A stretch of DNA of 61,915 nt, counting the filler. It is 13 parts of 13 records of this genome, joined end to end, with 100 filler letters (N's around TTAATTAATTAA, not from the genome) between each part and the next. Parts side by side here need not be neighbours in the genome. Positions count along the whole stretch, not along the records: positions 45,204 to 48,893 come from SRR7504441_19186; positions 48,994 to 53,591 come from SRR7504441_19298; positions 53,692 to 58,570 come from SRR7504441_19327; 10 more parts are not named here. One strand, given 5' to 3'. A model generated the notes under the pieces. It worked only from the letters and a program-made list of their open reading frames with translations, had not been told where the DNA came from and did not search any database. Both the position numbers and the translations under genes were made by a program. Shown one piece after another: positions 45,250 to 56,330 of this stretch (position 1 is the first letter of the stretch; each line of letters opens with the position of its first letter).

Positions 45250-46862
45250 TTGGTGTCGAAAATGTTCAAACAGGGATTGCCTTACCTGCCGCCCGAGGAG
45301 GCGGGCAACTATGAAGTTGTGAATGGCCAGCTCGCGTTGGAAAAAGACCAGCTCTACTTCCTCGTGCCGTTGTTTGGCGAGGCGTCGTGCACCGCCTCGC
45401 TGATAGCTTCCCAGTGGGTGCTGACGGCTGCTCATTGCCTGCACCGCTACGAATTACAGCTGCGCGTTAAGGTCGAAGATTTCGAGGCTGGAATCGGGAT
45501 ACACAACAAAAATCAGATCAAGAATACCAAATGCTCCAAGAAAATTCCTGCAGCCAGGATATACAACCATCCGAGCTACGACTCAGAAACCTATGAAAAT
45601 GACATAGCGCTGATATATTTGAGTGAGCCGGTCGAATGCCAGGACCGAAACAAGGTGCGGTATGTTGAGCTGAATGAAGAGAAGAGCATCCCAGAAGAGG
45701 GCAAAGAGCTTGAAATTGCAGGGTGGGGGAACCGAGCAATCTCTGGTGAGGCAGATGATTATCCTGACGAGCTGCACAAAGGAGTGGTCTACGCCAAAAA
45801 CTGTACAGGATGGTCAGATGGTCGGATCAATGACAAGCTGATGGTTTGTGCATCTGGAAATGATGCGAGCCATCGAAAGGACACAGTCACCGATACATGC
45901 CAAGGCGACTCCGGCGGACCCCTATACTACAAATCCGGAGGCGAGGTGGCAGTGGATGCTTACTTGCCTTTGTACTTGTAGTATTATGTGTATCACTTGT
46001 GTAAGTGAATGTGTCTGTGCAGAAAGTCGTGCAAGTTGGGATCACCAGTTTTGGAACAGATTGTGGCAGTGCACAGGTAACAGCAGTGTATACGCGTGTG
46101 AGTGCCTATGACCATTGGCTCAAGGAGGTAAAGGAAACAAATGAGAAGGTCTTGGAATTATCGGGAATCGCTGACCACCAGACCAGGGCTGACACATTAG
46201 TTGCTAAGGGAACTGAAGAGGCGTTAAGAATTCTGCAGAGCATGAAGCGCGAGGAGATTGCCATCATATTAAATCATCTAACCCCCGAGCAGAACGAAAT
46301 GTACCGCACGAAGCTTGCGCACGGCACTGGGTTGCATCGGCTGCTCGGTGCACTTGCTGTCGAGCTGAAGGGGAAAGGTGGTGCATCAGATCAGGCCAAG
46401 TTCTTGAATGAAGAGGAGCCTCATGTGGCCTGGTTTACAATGCTCCAGTTATTTGGCTTCGAAAGAAACCACCTGATGCGCTACATGTCTACGGATCGCA
46501 TCAATGAAATGGTGCAGAAAGGGACCCCCGAACCCTACACCCTCTGGAAAGCTATAGCCGAGCAATTGAATGACAAGGTGGACGAACTTTTTAATCCTGA
46601 AGGCCTCAGAGAACGAATTTGGTCGGCTCTCAATTTTTCTGGTCAGCCTCATGATCAGACAACGAATTTGGTTAAAGGAATGGTGTTGTTCGAAATGTCT
46701 AAGCTGTATGAGCCCAATGCGTTGGCGATGCAGCAGTTGTGGAATAAGGAGCCTGACAAGGAACAAGTCCTGAAAGAAATGGCAGACGTCTTTCGGACAC
46801 GCATAGAAAAATACATACCTAACCTGTTGGCAACTGTGAAGAAGCATATTCCAAAACCCTGA
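45250..46862 (+). CDS. trypsin-like S1A serine protease with helical C-terminal extension, probably 5'-partial
   Basis: VVNG, LTAAHC, NDIAL, DTCQGDSGGP. Intron 45946-46022 joins to VGITSFG..VYTRVS, followed by ~240 aa of unknown helical sequence. Confidence 0.9.
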
Positions 46863-47084
46863 AAGTTCGCTCCATGCATGGGCAATTGATGGACTTTGAT
46901 GGCGGCATGCATTAGGGCCGCGTACCCAGGGCCATGAGGTATACATGAGGTAGATAACACATAACATTAACGTTACCTTTATACTTGTACAATCATACAA
47001 AATGTCATTGGAATAAAAGTAAAAGATACTTATTGGATTTAATTCTGGTTTGAGATGTTACGGAGACCCGGAGACCTCACCGAG

Positions 47085-47771
47085 TCAGCTCGGTGGCTGG
47101 TCGGTCCATCCGCCCGGCGGCTGCCCACCCTCCGGCCACACGAAGATGAGGTCCTCATCCGTCCCCGCCACCTGACGCGCTCGCTGCAGCACCTCCGTCT
47201 GGACTGACCGCACCCGAGCCGGGCTGGCCGGGTCCATGCACACGAACCCGTGCTCGGCGCAGTGCCCGCTGATCACGATAAAGTGACCCACGAAGCTCCG
47301 GCGCCGCTTGGTCGGCCGGGCAAGATCAGCCGAGTTGACCAGCGCGATCACGTGGTGCCCCTCCCCGCAGCCCACGAACCGTATCAGCTCGTCCAGCGTG
47401 ACCGACCTCCTCTCGAGCCGAACCGCGTGCTGGGGCGCCTGCTGGATCAGGGCGTCCACCCGCCGCTGGTCTTCCTCGAACCCGCTTTGGTAAAACCCGA
47501 GCGTCGAGTGCGCCGGGTTGACGCAGTCTGCGATGGTGGTGGTCAGCGCCGGCACGCCCAGCGCGGACAGCCCGTACGCCAGGTCCACCGTCCAGATCGA
47601 CCGGTTCCGGACCGCCGCGGTGGGGACCGCCTGGGTGGCCTCGGCCAGCGACACCTTGGCCACCGAGGCCACGCAGGCCAGCCCGCAGTCCCAGTGCGCC
47701 TTCTGGGCCACCGGAGCGGCCGCCGTGCTCGCCAGCGGATGCTCCGGATCCGACGACGACGGGCAGCCCAT
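47085..47771 (-). CDS. GUCD1: GUCD1-like protein (papain-like fold)
   Basis: QKAHWDCGLAC, SIWTVDLAY, FVGHFIVISG, GTDEDLIFV. Confidence 0.85.
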   Translation of the reverse strand: MGCPSSSDPEHPLASTAAAPVAQKAHWDCGLACVASVAKVSLAEATQAVPTAAVRNRSIWTVDLAYGLSALGVPALTTTIADCVNPAHSTLGFYQSGFEEDQRRVDALIQQAPQHAVRLERRSVTLDELIRFVGCGEGHHVIALVNSADLARPTKRRRSFVGHFIVISGHCAEHGFVCMDPASPARVRSVQTEVLQRARQVAGTDEDLIFVWPEGGQPPGGWTDQPPS

Positions 47772-47844
47772 CAGAGGGCAGTGGTGTGTCCACGACTTGG
47801 TTTGACGCCGTCTGGCCGTGCCGTTGGCCAGCGGCGGCCGGGCG

Positions 47845-48893
47845 ATGAGTGGGCACTACGGACCGGCAGAGCCCGCGGCGGCGGTGCCCGAGGAGAGCGC
47901 CGCGCCGGAGGAGCCGGACGACGACGATCGGCCGAAGAAGGTGCGGCACCGGTTGGGTTGGGCGAGCGGCCGGCAGCGGAGCCGTTGGGGCGAGCGGCCG
48001 GAAGGGCTCCCCAAGCCGGAGCCACAGAAGGTCGAACTCCCGATCGCAGAGCACCCAGAGGTGCGGCCGGCGGGGGCGGGGCCGACCCGGCCGGCAGGTG
48101 GACTTTTTCGGGTTGATTAACGGGGAGAACAACATCACCAAGGACGCCATCGAGAAGGACACCGGGGCCAAAATCTCGTTCGCGGCCTCCGGGGCGGACA
48201 AGCCGCACGTGCTGATCGATGGCGAGACGGTGGACGCGGTCACCACCGCCAAGACCAAGATCGAGGCCATCGTCCAGCGGTGCCTGCCGCCCGGCCAGAC
48301 TAACCGTTGGCTAGTGCGGCCAACCCGCAGGCGGCCCAACAAGGCTCCGAGGAGTGGCAGCATAACTTACACACCCAGGCGCCCCCCGGCGGCCTGGCCC
48401 AGCTGACAGGCGGCCAGCTCACGTCGCTCAAGAGTAAGGCCAAGAGTGGGATTGGGTTTGGCTCGGAGGGTGGAGACCCAGCAGTGGCGGCAGCGGCCTC
48501 GTCGGGAGCGGCTGGCGGTGCGACCACGTACCACGTTCGGATGCCGGCGGAGCACGTGGGTCGGATCATCGGGCGGGGGGGCGAGACTATACGCAACCTG
48601 GAGATGTCTACGGGGGCGAGCATCCAAGTCGACTCGACCAACCAGAGCGCGCCCGAGCGGCTGATCACCATCACCGGCACAGTAGAGAGCGCCGCTGCCG
48701 GGCACGCTGCCGTGCAGGCCAAGATTGCCGAGGTGGGCGCTCCGGGCCGCAGCCTGGTGATGGTTGCTGGCAGGCGACCCAGCGAGGGCCTCCATCCAAC
48801 ATGATGGCTGGCCCCTACGGACCAGCCGCCGGGATGGCTGGGGCGTACGGCCCACCCGGCGGTATGCCCGGCGGCATGCCCGGCGGCATGCCC
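47845..48893 (+). CDS. KH-domain RNA-binding protein, 3'-partial
   Basis: FGLINGENNITKDAIEKDTGAKI and VGRIIGRGGETIRNLEMSTGASI, separated by short introns. Confidence 0.8.
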
Positions 48894-48993
48894 NNNNNNN
48901 NNNNNNNNNNNNNNNNNNNNNNNNNNNNNNNNNNNNNTTAATTAATTAANNNNNNNNNNNNNNNNNNNNNNNNNNNNNNNNNNNNNNNNNNNN

Positions 48994-49902
48994 CGGAGTG
49001 CGCTCATTCCATTCTGAAAAGCTGATGGAGCGTGGCGAGCGCGACGAGCCCACTGGACTTCGGCTGTCAACTGCGACACTGCTGCTCTCTCTTTTGGTGT
49101 CCAGCTGGATGAGCCCAGCCTTGAAAGCATGAGCCATCTCCGCCTGATCAATCCTGCCGTCTCCGTTGGTGTCCACCTTGTCGAAGAGATCTCCCTCCTT
49201 CGAGTCCTGCCCCGCTCCGCCCTGCTCTACCGTCACCCGTGCTCTTGCCTCGGCCCACGCCACAAAGCTCTTTTGGTTTTCTTCAGAAAAGCTACTTTTC
49301 CTCTTCTTGGGCTTCGTTGGGCCTTGGCTGGCCAGCTGAAACTTCAGCTTCAGGGGGCGGCCCAGGGAGCCGATGAGCGCCAGCACCTCGCTGTGTGCCT
49401 TCCCGAGCACGCTGTGCCCGGCCACTTCTAGCAGCACACTGCCCTCGAGCAGCTTGGGCACGGCCGCGTTCTTCACTTCTCCGACCACCACATGCACGTT
49501 CGGCTCGAACCGGTGCTCCAGCCGCAGCCCCAGCTTGCCCGGCGCGTGCCATGTATGCTCCAGCGTCCTGCCACCGGGCGCGGGAGGGTCCTTTCTCGGC
49601 CCAGACGCCCGCGGCGCCGGTGTCGGCTGGCCGGCACTCTTATTCGCCCGCTGGCGAAACCCGCCGCCCAGCTTGATGATCCCGGCCTCGATCTCGGTGT
49701 CCAGATCGGCCTGGTCGATCTCGCCTCGGACGAACCGGTCGAACAGCGCGTCCTCGCGGCGCTTGGCCGCCTGCTTGGCCGCCGTGAGCTCCCGGCTCAT
49801 GGGGGACATCGGGGACATCGGTGACGAAGGGGAGTCGGAGGAAGAAGGCGGAGACCCGAACCAGGGGGAGGCCGGCGATTTGCCGGCCGCCTTGTCTGCC
49901 AT
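48994..49902 (-). CDS. PDZ-like + EF-hand protein, 3'-partial
   Basis: PGKLGLRL..GSVLLEVAGHSV..RPLKLKF; DTNGDGRIDQAEM. Confidence 0.65.
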
Positions 49903-50087
49903 CCCAAGGCGCCCTGGCGCCCTGTGGATGAGATATGCCGCGCCAACCGACGTCGGCAACGTACTTTTACCATGTGCAGGGAGCGCAAGTACAATGCCAT
50001 TGGCCGCAGGAGCGCATTTTGACGGCCTATAGATGTAGTGAGCTCATCACGGCTCACAAGCACTCAATGGGGGATTTAACGCCTAGT

Positions 50088-51086
50088 TCAAGCCGACTCG
50101 TTGCCCGGTTTGCACTGTTTAAGGAGCTCCTCGAGCGTCTCACGAGCATCGCCGATCAGCTCTATCGTGGGACCGCCCAGGTGATCAGACGGACCGATAT
50201 GCTCGGCGTTCAGCCACACCACCTCAGTCTGGTCGCCCTGACCGGCCCGATCTTCAATCAGCAGCCGCAGCTCGGGGGCCAGCGAGTGCAGATGGCTGGC
50301 AGAGACCCCAACAGCCAGCACCGCCAGCACCCGCCCGGCGCTTTGAGCCACAAACTCGCGAGCTTTGGCCAGGTCCCGCGCGATCCTGGTCCAGATCACC
50401 TCCTGCTCGCCCAGCGAGTCAGTTGGCAGGTTGAACAGCGGCGGTCGGCCACAGCCCTCGCAGTTTGCTGGCGGCCAGTCGTGGCCAGTGCGCCAGAGCC
50501 GGTCGCACGGCTCGCACTGGAGCCATTCGGTAGAACCGTGCAGCTGGAGCTCGGGCAGGCCGTCCCGCCGGGCTAGACCGTCGATGTTGGTGCTGATCAC
50601 ACAGTGCTGATCGCCCAGCCGTGCCAGCAGTTCCCTCAGCGGGTGATAAGTCCCGACTGGCGCCCTCAGTGCAGCCGCCCGTACCGGAGCGTACTTTGTG
50701 AGTGGGTCCAGCTTGGATGAATTAGCCAGGTTGAGGGGGACGCCCGCCGCAGCCGAGGCGCCAGCACCGAGCATCACCATAACTCTGCCCGCGTTCCGTA
50801 GCACTGCTAGCGCCGCCTGCGGAGACTGGTCGGCGGGCTGCGGCACTTGCGCTGGGTGCGGGAGCAGCGGCTGGAGCAGGCGGCGCATGGCGTGCCCGTC
50901 GGCCTGGACCAGCCGGTGTGGGAAGAGGTAGCTGCTCCGCCAGGCGCCCCCGGCATCCTCGGCAGCCACCACCAGATCCAGGCACCGGTCGCAGCAGCCC
51001 AGCGTGGCTGCAGGCCCCGCCCAGCCGGAGCCACACAGCCCGCACGAACCTGCCGACTCCCGCGCCCGCTTGCGCCGCCGGGCCAT
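50088..51086 (-). CDS. divergent Sir2/sirtuin-family protein
   Basis: GAGASAAAGVP, STNIDGL, QLHGSTEWLQCEPC..CEGC, AVGVS, WLN, LIGDA. Confidence 0.75.
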   Translation of the reverse strand: MARRRKRARESAGSCGLCGSGWAGPAATLGCCDRCLDLVVAAEDAGGAWRSSYLFPHRLVQADGHAMRRLLQPLLPHPAQVPQPADQSPQAALAVLRNAGRVMVMLGAGASAAAGVPLNLANSSKLDPLTKYAPVRAAALRAPVGTYHPLRELLARLGDQHCVISTNIDGLARRDGLPELQLHGSTEWLQCEPCDRLWRTGHDWPPANCEGCGRPPLFNLPTDSLGEQEVIWTRIARDLAKAREFVAQSAGRVLAVLAVGVSASHLHSLAPELRLLIEDRAGQGDQTEVVWLNAEHIGPSDHLGGPTIELIGDARETLEELLKQCKPGNESA

Positions 51087-51268
51087 TAAGCTTTTTAACG
51101 GCAATGCCGTTGGGATCGTGACGCAAGAGAACATCGGCCGCAGCGGCCAGTGGTCAGCCCGAGATACACAGTCGCTCCGTAGATCCGGCGCTGACCCTCT
51201 GCATACTGCGTAGGACTACCGAGACGGGTGCAGCATTGGCGCATAGCACCCTCGGCGCGCTTCTAGAT

Positions 51269-51814
51269 ATGCCGATTTTGAAGGCAAAGCGGAGGCACAA
51301 TGAATCGGAGGAGGACAAGATGGAGCGGATACGGCGCCAGGCCAAGGCCCGGCTACACGGCAGCGAGCAGCTGTTTCTGGACGCGGAGCTCGACCCGGCC
51401 GAGGTGCCGCGGGAGCTCGCCGAGTTCTTTAGCACCGCCGAGGATTGGCGGGAGTTCGCCGTGGGGCTGCGGGCGGCGATGGAGGCCGCGCCCCCTCCGT
51501 GCCGGGGGAACGGCTGCCTGTCCGCTCTCGGGACATGCGTTTCGCTTTTGACGTGCTGCGTGCTGCCGTGGCCGTGTTGGTTGTATTGCCATGGACAGCA
51601 GCAGGAAAGGTTTAGCGACGAGGTGAATAACAAGGTGCTTCGTGAATGGAATGAGCGGCACGGCGGCATGGAGGCCTCGCTCCGTGCTGTGGAAGAGTTT
51701 GAGTCCACCTACATCGCATTCGCTTACCAAAATGGATTTGATCACGACGCTCAACGCATGGAGGAGGCTCAACGCATGAAGGAGGCTCTCGAGAGGTCCA
51801 CGCTGGACCAGTGA
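51269..51814 (+). CDS. Erf4/GOLGA7/CHIC-like Cys-rich hydrophobic protein
   Basis: VPRELAEFF..EDWREF, then the Cys-rich hydrophobic stretch CVSLLTCCVLPWPCW, then LREWNERH; 18-nt tandem duplication near the 3' end. Confidence 0.5.
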   Translation: MPILKAKRRHNESEEDKMERIRRQAKARLHGSEQLFLDAELDPAEVPRELAEFFSTAEDWREFAVGLRAAMEAAPPPCRGNGCLSALGTCVSLLTCCVLPWPCWLYCHGQQQERFSDEVNNKVLREWNERHGGMEASLRAVEEFESTYIAFAYQNGFDHDAQRMEEAQRMKEALERSTLDQ

Positions 51815-52131
51815 GTGACTGCACGAGTATACAGCTTCAATGCTGGGTGCAAATACCCAGTGTTAAGATGGTGTACGCGTATATACGGTTGGAATAATTA
51901 ATTGGAGTTCGAGCTCTCGTCGCGGCTCTCTCAGTATAGTAGGGTTCTCCGCTCATGTCTCCGATTATGATAATCAATCGTATACCATTCAGCCCGTGTT
52001 TTATTCATGAGCCGAGGCTTCAGATTCCCACACCATCATGCAAGCCCACATCTCTCTTTCATCTCTCTCGCGAGCACCTTAGCTATAGCTAGCTTGTCTG
52101 AGACCGTGCAACGAATCTACGAGTAACGGCA

Positions 52132-53067
52132 ATGTCAATGGTCATCTGGTCACTCTGCTACCTCGTCGTGCTCGCCACAGTCGCGGTGGGGGCCGACGAG
52201 ACGGTGTTCTACCTGGGCGACCCCCAGATTGGGTTCGGCCGGTCCGGCTGGCGGGAGGACGAGCTTCGCTTCGCGGCCGCAGCGCGGGCCGCCGGGAACG
52301 CGACGGCTGTGGTGGTGGCTGGCGACCTGATCAACGTGTGGGACAATCAGACCTTAACGGCCGGATTCGACCGGGTGTGGCCGGCCATGTTCGACCGGTC
52401 GCGCGTGCACCTGATCCCGGGGAACCACGACGTCAACAGCGCGGGGAACAGTGCGGCAGTGCTCAGGAGCCAACTCGAGCACTATTGGGCGGCCTTTGGG
52501 CCGGACTACCACTCGTTCACCACGCAGTACGCCACCTTCGTGATGGTCGATTCGGAGACGCTGATTGCGCCGATGCTCGGGCTGAAGGGGACCAGTGATC
52601 CGTGGGTGTGGAACCAGAGCCAGGCGCAGTGGCAGTGGCTCGAGGCCACCCTGAAGGCGGCGAGCACACCCCACAAGGTGCTCGTCTCGCACCACCCTCC
52701 ATTCCTCAAGAGCCCGACCGAGCCGGACGTGTACTGGAACTGGCCCAACGCCATAAGACCTCGCCTGCTCGGGCTACTCGCAAAGTATGGCGTCAGAAAC
52801 GTGCTTGCAGGCCACACCCACACGACCACAAGCCGCACCGTAGGCGGGCTGTCCATCTACACCGTCGCGGGGACGGCCCGCGCGTTTGACAGCAACGGCT
52901 GCGGCTACCGCGTGCTGCGGATCAACGAGACTAGCATCGAGAGCGAGTATGTAAGGCTGGACAACCCGGCGCTCGTGCAGTGCACGCCGAGCCTGACGCA
53001 CCCGGATTTTGAGGACAATCCGCTGCTTTCGCGGACCTGGGCAGACGTTCGCTGGTTGCTCGATTGA
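52132..53067 (+). CDS. secreted calcineurin-like metallophosphoesterase, CPPED1-like
   Basis: Signal peptide; GDPQIG, AGDL, GNHD, HHPPF, GHTH; intronless. Confidence 0.88.
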   Translation: MSMVIWSLCYLVVLATVAVGADETVFYLGDPQIGFGRSGWREDELRFAAAARAAGNATAVVVAGDLINVWDNQTLTAGFDRVWPAMFDRSRVHLIPGNHDVNSAGNSAAVLRSQLEHYWAAFGPDYHSFTTQYATFVMVDSETLIAPMLGLKGTSDPWVWNQSQAQWQWLEATLKAASTPHKVLVSHHPPFLKSPTEPDVYWNWPNAIRPRLLGLLAKYGVRNVLAGHTHTTTSRTVGGLSIYTVAGTARAFDSNGCGYRVLRINETSIESEYVRLDNPALVQCTPSLTHPDFEDNPLLSRTWADVRWLLD

Positions 53068-54240
53068 GCGGAATACCCATGATTGTACGTATAGCTCCTG
53101 CAGGCATTGATTGCGCTCCTATAGCCAATCTATCATCGGTCTGTCAGACCTCAATCACCTCGATCATGGCGGGTTATGTGAGCCTTGGGGCCCCGACTAA
53201 AGTTCTAACAAATGTACTTATATGGTATGTCAGACCTCATGCAATATGTAAGTGTGTAAATCAATGATGAAAGCGTTGATGAAAGCGTAGTGGATCGGGT
53301 GCAGCGGGATCAGCTCCGCAGAGGTATCTATAGTTCCCCTCGAGGGTCTTTATAAGGACGGACGGGCACCTGCGAGCAGCAATCGCATTCACCAAGTTCT
53401 ACCCCGGTAACTTACCGTCGGCTCTGGCAATCGGCACCCCCATTGGCAGGCATACACTCACACCCATTTGGTTTGACTTGCCCTTTGAAGCTGCCAACCT
53501 TGCATGTCAGGGCTCTTTTGTGTCGCCATGTGCTCACCCCGGTTGGGTCAGCTTGTCGACGACCGAAGCCTCGAGGAACTCGTTCTCGGGGNNNNNNNNN
53601 NNNNNNNNNNNNNNNNNNNNNNNNNNNNNNNNNNNTTAATTAATTAANNNNNNNNNNNNNNNNNNNNNNNNNNNNNNNNNNNNNNNNNNNNCGCCGATGC
53701 GGACGAGCAAAAGAAGCTAGCCACCTTTGCGTCCGCCATGTCTGTCACGGAACGAGGCCTCAATGACAGCCGGTTTGCATCCGACCAATAAGCACTCATA
53801 TGCCACAGCGGGGAATTGCCACTTATTCACCCATTCTGATTGATTAGGCACTGTATAATAAATCACTCGAATAAATAGTATAATAAATACGTGTAAAACC
53901 ATCTCACATGCGCTAGGTGATTTCCCTTGTCCGTTGTCGTGTGGATAGTCAGTTGGATCACACACACATGAGGTTTAGTTCTTCCACGAGTAAGTATCAG
54001 TATTCTGACTATTCTCGTTATACACGTAATGCAAGACCCAACTGTGAGGCATTTATAATCATTCCTTCGAAGTATTATGAATGTAATTGTAAGCAATTGT
54101 AAACGCCGGCGGCGGCACGAGTCGTGCCTAAGTCGTGCTATTGCTGCCATATATGAATTAAGCCGAGCCCAACAACCCTACTAAAGTGCTAAGCTACTCA
54201 TATTCTACGACATCGATTCGTTTTAGACAGACAGCTCAAT

Positions 54241-56231
54241 TCAATTGTAAAAGTTAAGCAGGACGGCTCTCTTGTTGGTACCGAACCAGTCAGGCCTACG
54301 CGGGATGAAGCTCATGGATGTCTCTGGGTCCCGAGGGAAAGGATGCCAGGTTCTCGGACTATCTTGCCAATCCCACCCACCAAATTCAGCGAACGATATG
54401 CCCTCGTTGCTCGTCCACTCATAGAAGGCCGCATCCCCATGAACATCCACGTTGTCTTGAACGAAGCCGACCTGTGCCCAATCTGTCTGGCTGCTAAACG
54501 CCGCCTGGTCAGGGCGACATGTGTCTGCATACGCGATGTGAGTCGCGTTGGGGCCCCGCATGCCGTATTCCAGGGTAGTCGAGCAGATCGAGCCTGCTGT
54601 GGTGTTGAGAGCGATGCCAATGAACCCGCTGAAGTACCCAGCGACGTAGCGTCGGTACAGCGGCAGGTCCCGGTGGGCCCCAAACGCAAGCTCGACAGGA
54701 ATACCTTCGTAAATAGTTTCCTTGGTGTCGATTGCTGTGCGGCGCATCTCCACCAGGGTGGTGCCGATCACGAAGAAGCACAGCCTGACCGGACAGGTCG
54801 CCGGATCTGGACAGGGTGCTGGTATGCCGCAATCGGAGAGCTCCATCGCTGCAACCGTCGCTGAGCGCTGCTCATCCATGTCAAAGATGTGCGCAATGTT
54901 GACTTTGGTGTGAGTCGTGTCGAATTGGAGCTCAAAAAAGCTGAGCGCGCCGGTCTTCGGGTCACGACGGGCGACGATGCCATTATGTACTGCAGCGATG
55001 TGGCGGCCCTCGTCTTCACACCACATTGGGTCAATCGGTGCAACGGCGAAGGCAAGCTTGGCCTTTTCCCTGGCCCCGTCGATGAACATGGTCCTGATTC
55101 CGCAACCAGTACTGTCACTGCTGCTGCTGTTGTGCCGCACAAAGCTGATAGAGGTTGAGGTTGTACCCAAAGTCCCCGAGCCGAGCCGTCCTGTACCCTG
55201 GAGCGATCGTGCATGCGCCACAGCATCGTCGTCGACCAGTTTGATCAGCCCCTCCCAGTTCCGTCGGCAAATCCCATCCAAGCGGCATGTTGCAAAGATT
55301 CCCTGGCCGAATTAGTGAGTGAATAGTAAGTGGATGCTAAGTAGTGAGTGGATAAATACCTCCCCCTCGACCTCGACCACAGGACTGCTGCCTAGAGTAT
55401 ATATAACTCTCCAACTCTCAGGGCAGCTGCAGCTGTAAGGAAATGGCTTCCCTGGGTCGTTGCATGTATGTGCAAAGCTGCAGTTGCGCGGGAACGCAAT
55501 CCCGCAGGTCGCGTTCGTCGGCGGGGCTAAAAACTGATTCACGGCGGCTGGAGGTTGCTGCTTGGAGGTGGTAGGAGGTTCCGGTGCAGTCCTCCTCCTC
55601 CTCGTGGCGTTAGGGAACTGGCACGTTGTATACATCCCTGCGTACGGCCGGTCGGGGCCTGTTGTGTCTTCGCTGCAGTAGGTGCCTGGCCACGCCTCGC
55701 ATTGCTTATTGTCATCGCACCACCTTGCCGTGCTCCTTGTCTTGTTTTGCCACCGGCGTGGCGATGTCCCGAAGACGAGTGCTGATGGCTCCCAGGTCCC
55801 TGCGCTCTCGTTCCCACTGGTGCAGTAGTTGAGATACGCCATCTGAAGAGGCGCCGATATGACCGTGCTCCATCCGCCCCCGTAGTTGGGCACTTTCCAC
55901 TTCGGGTTGACGGTGTATGCAGAGCCGTCGAGCCGAACATATCCGGATGCACCAGGAGGCAGAGTGAACCCGTCCGTGCTCGTGCATGTTGCTTTGTACC
56001 TTGTGCACCGGCTAGTCAGAAGAGCACAGGAGCAGGGTTGACTCACGTTCCGTAGTAGTCGGAGTAGCTTGCTATCGCGAGGCCTAGATACTCGTGGTTG
56101 TTGGTGACCAGAAAACCCTTCTCGGCGGCAGGATTTGCGGTCTCAGGGCAGCCGAATTGGTCGCCACCGGCCGGGGATCCATGGGCTGAAGAATAGGACG
56201 CGCAAACCGCCACGAGAAGCCGAGCAAGCAT
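54241..56231 (-). CDS. secreted Cys-rich hypothetical protein, multi-exon
   Basis: Signal peptide MLARLLVAVCASYSSA; three consecutive minus-strand ORFs separated by intron-sized gaps. Confidence 0.55.
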
Positions 56232-56330
56232 GCTGGCACCGACCGACAGTGATGGAGCGGCCGCTGTGGGCGCTGTGATCCGTTAATAAAGGTCCGTTAC
56301 AAGGCTTGGCCGGCGGGATTTCCACCAACC

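Noticed and set aside
53266-53288. Short tandem duplication GATGAAAGCGT x2, and similar ones at 10179/10214 and ~51750-51790
   Set aside because: Isolated local slippage duplications with no further structure.
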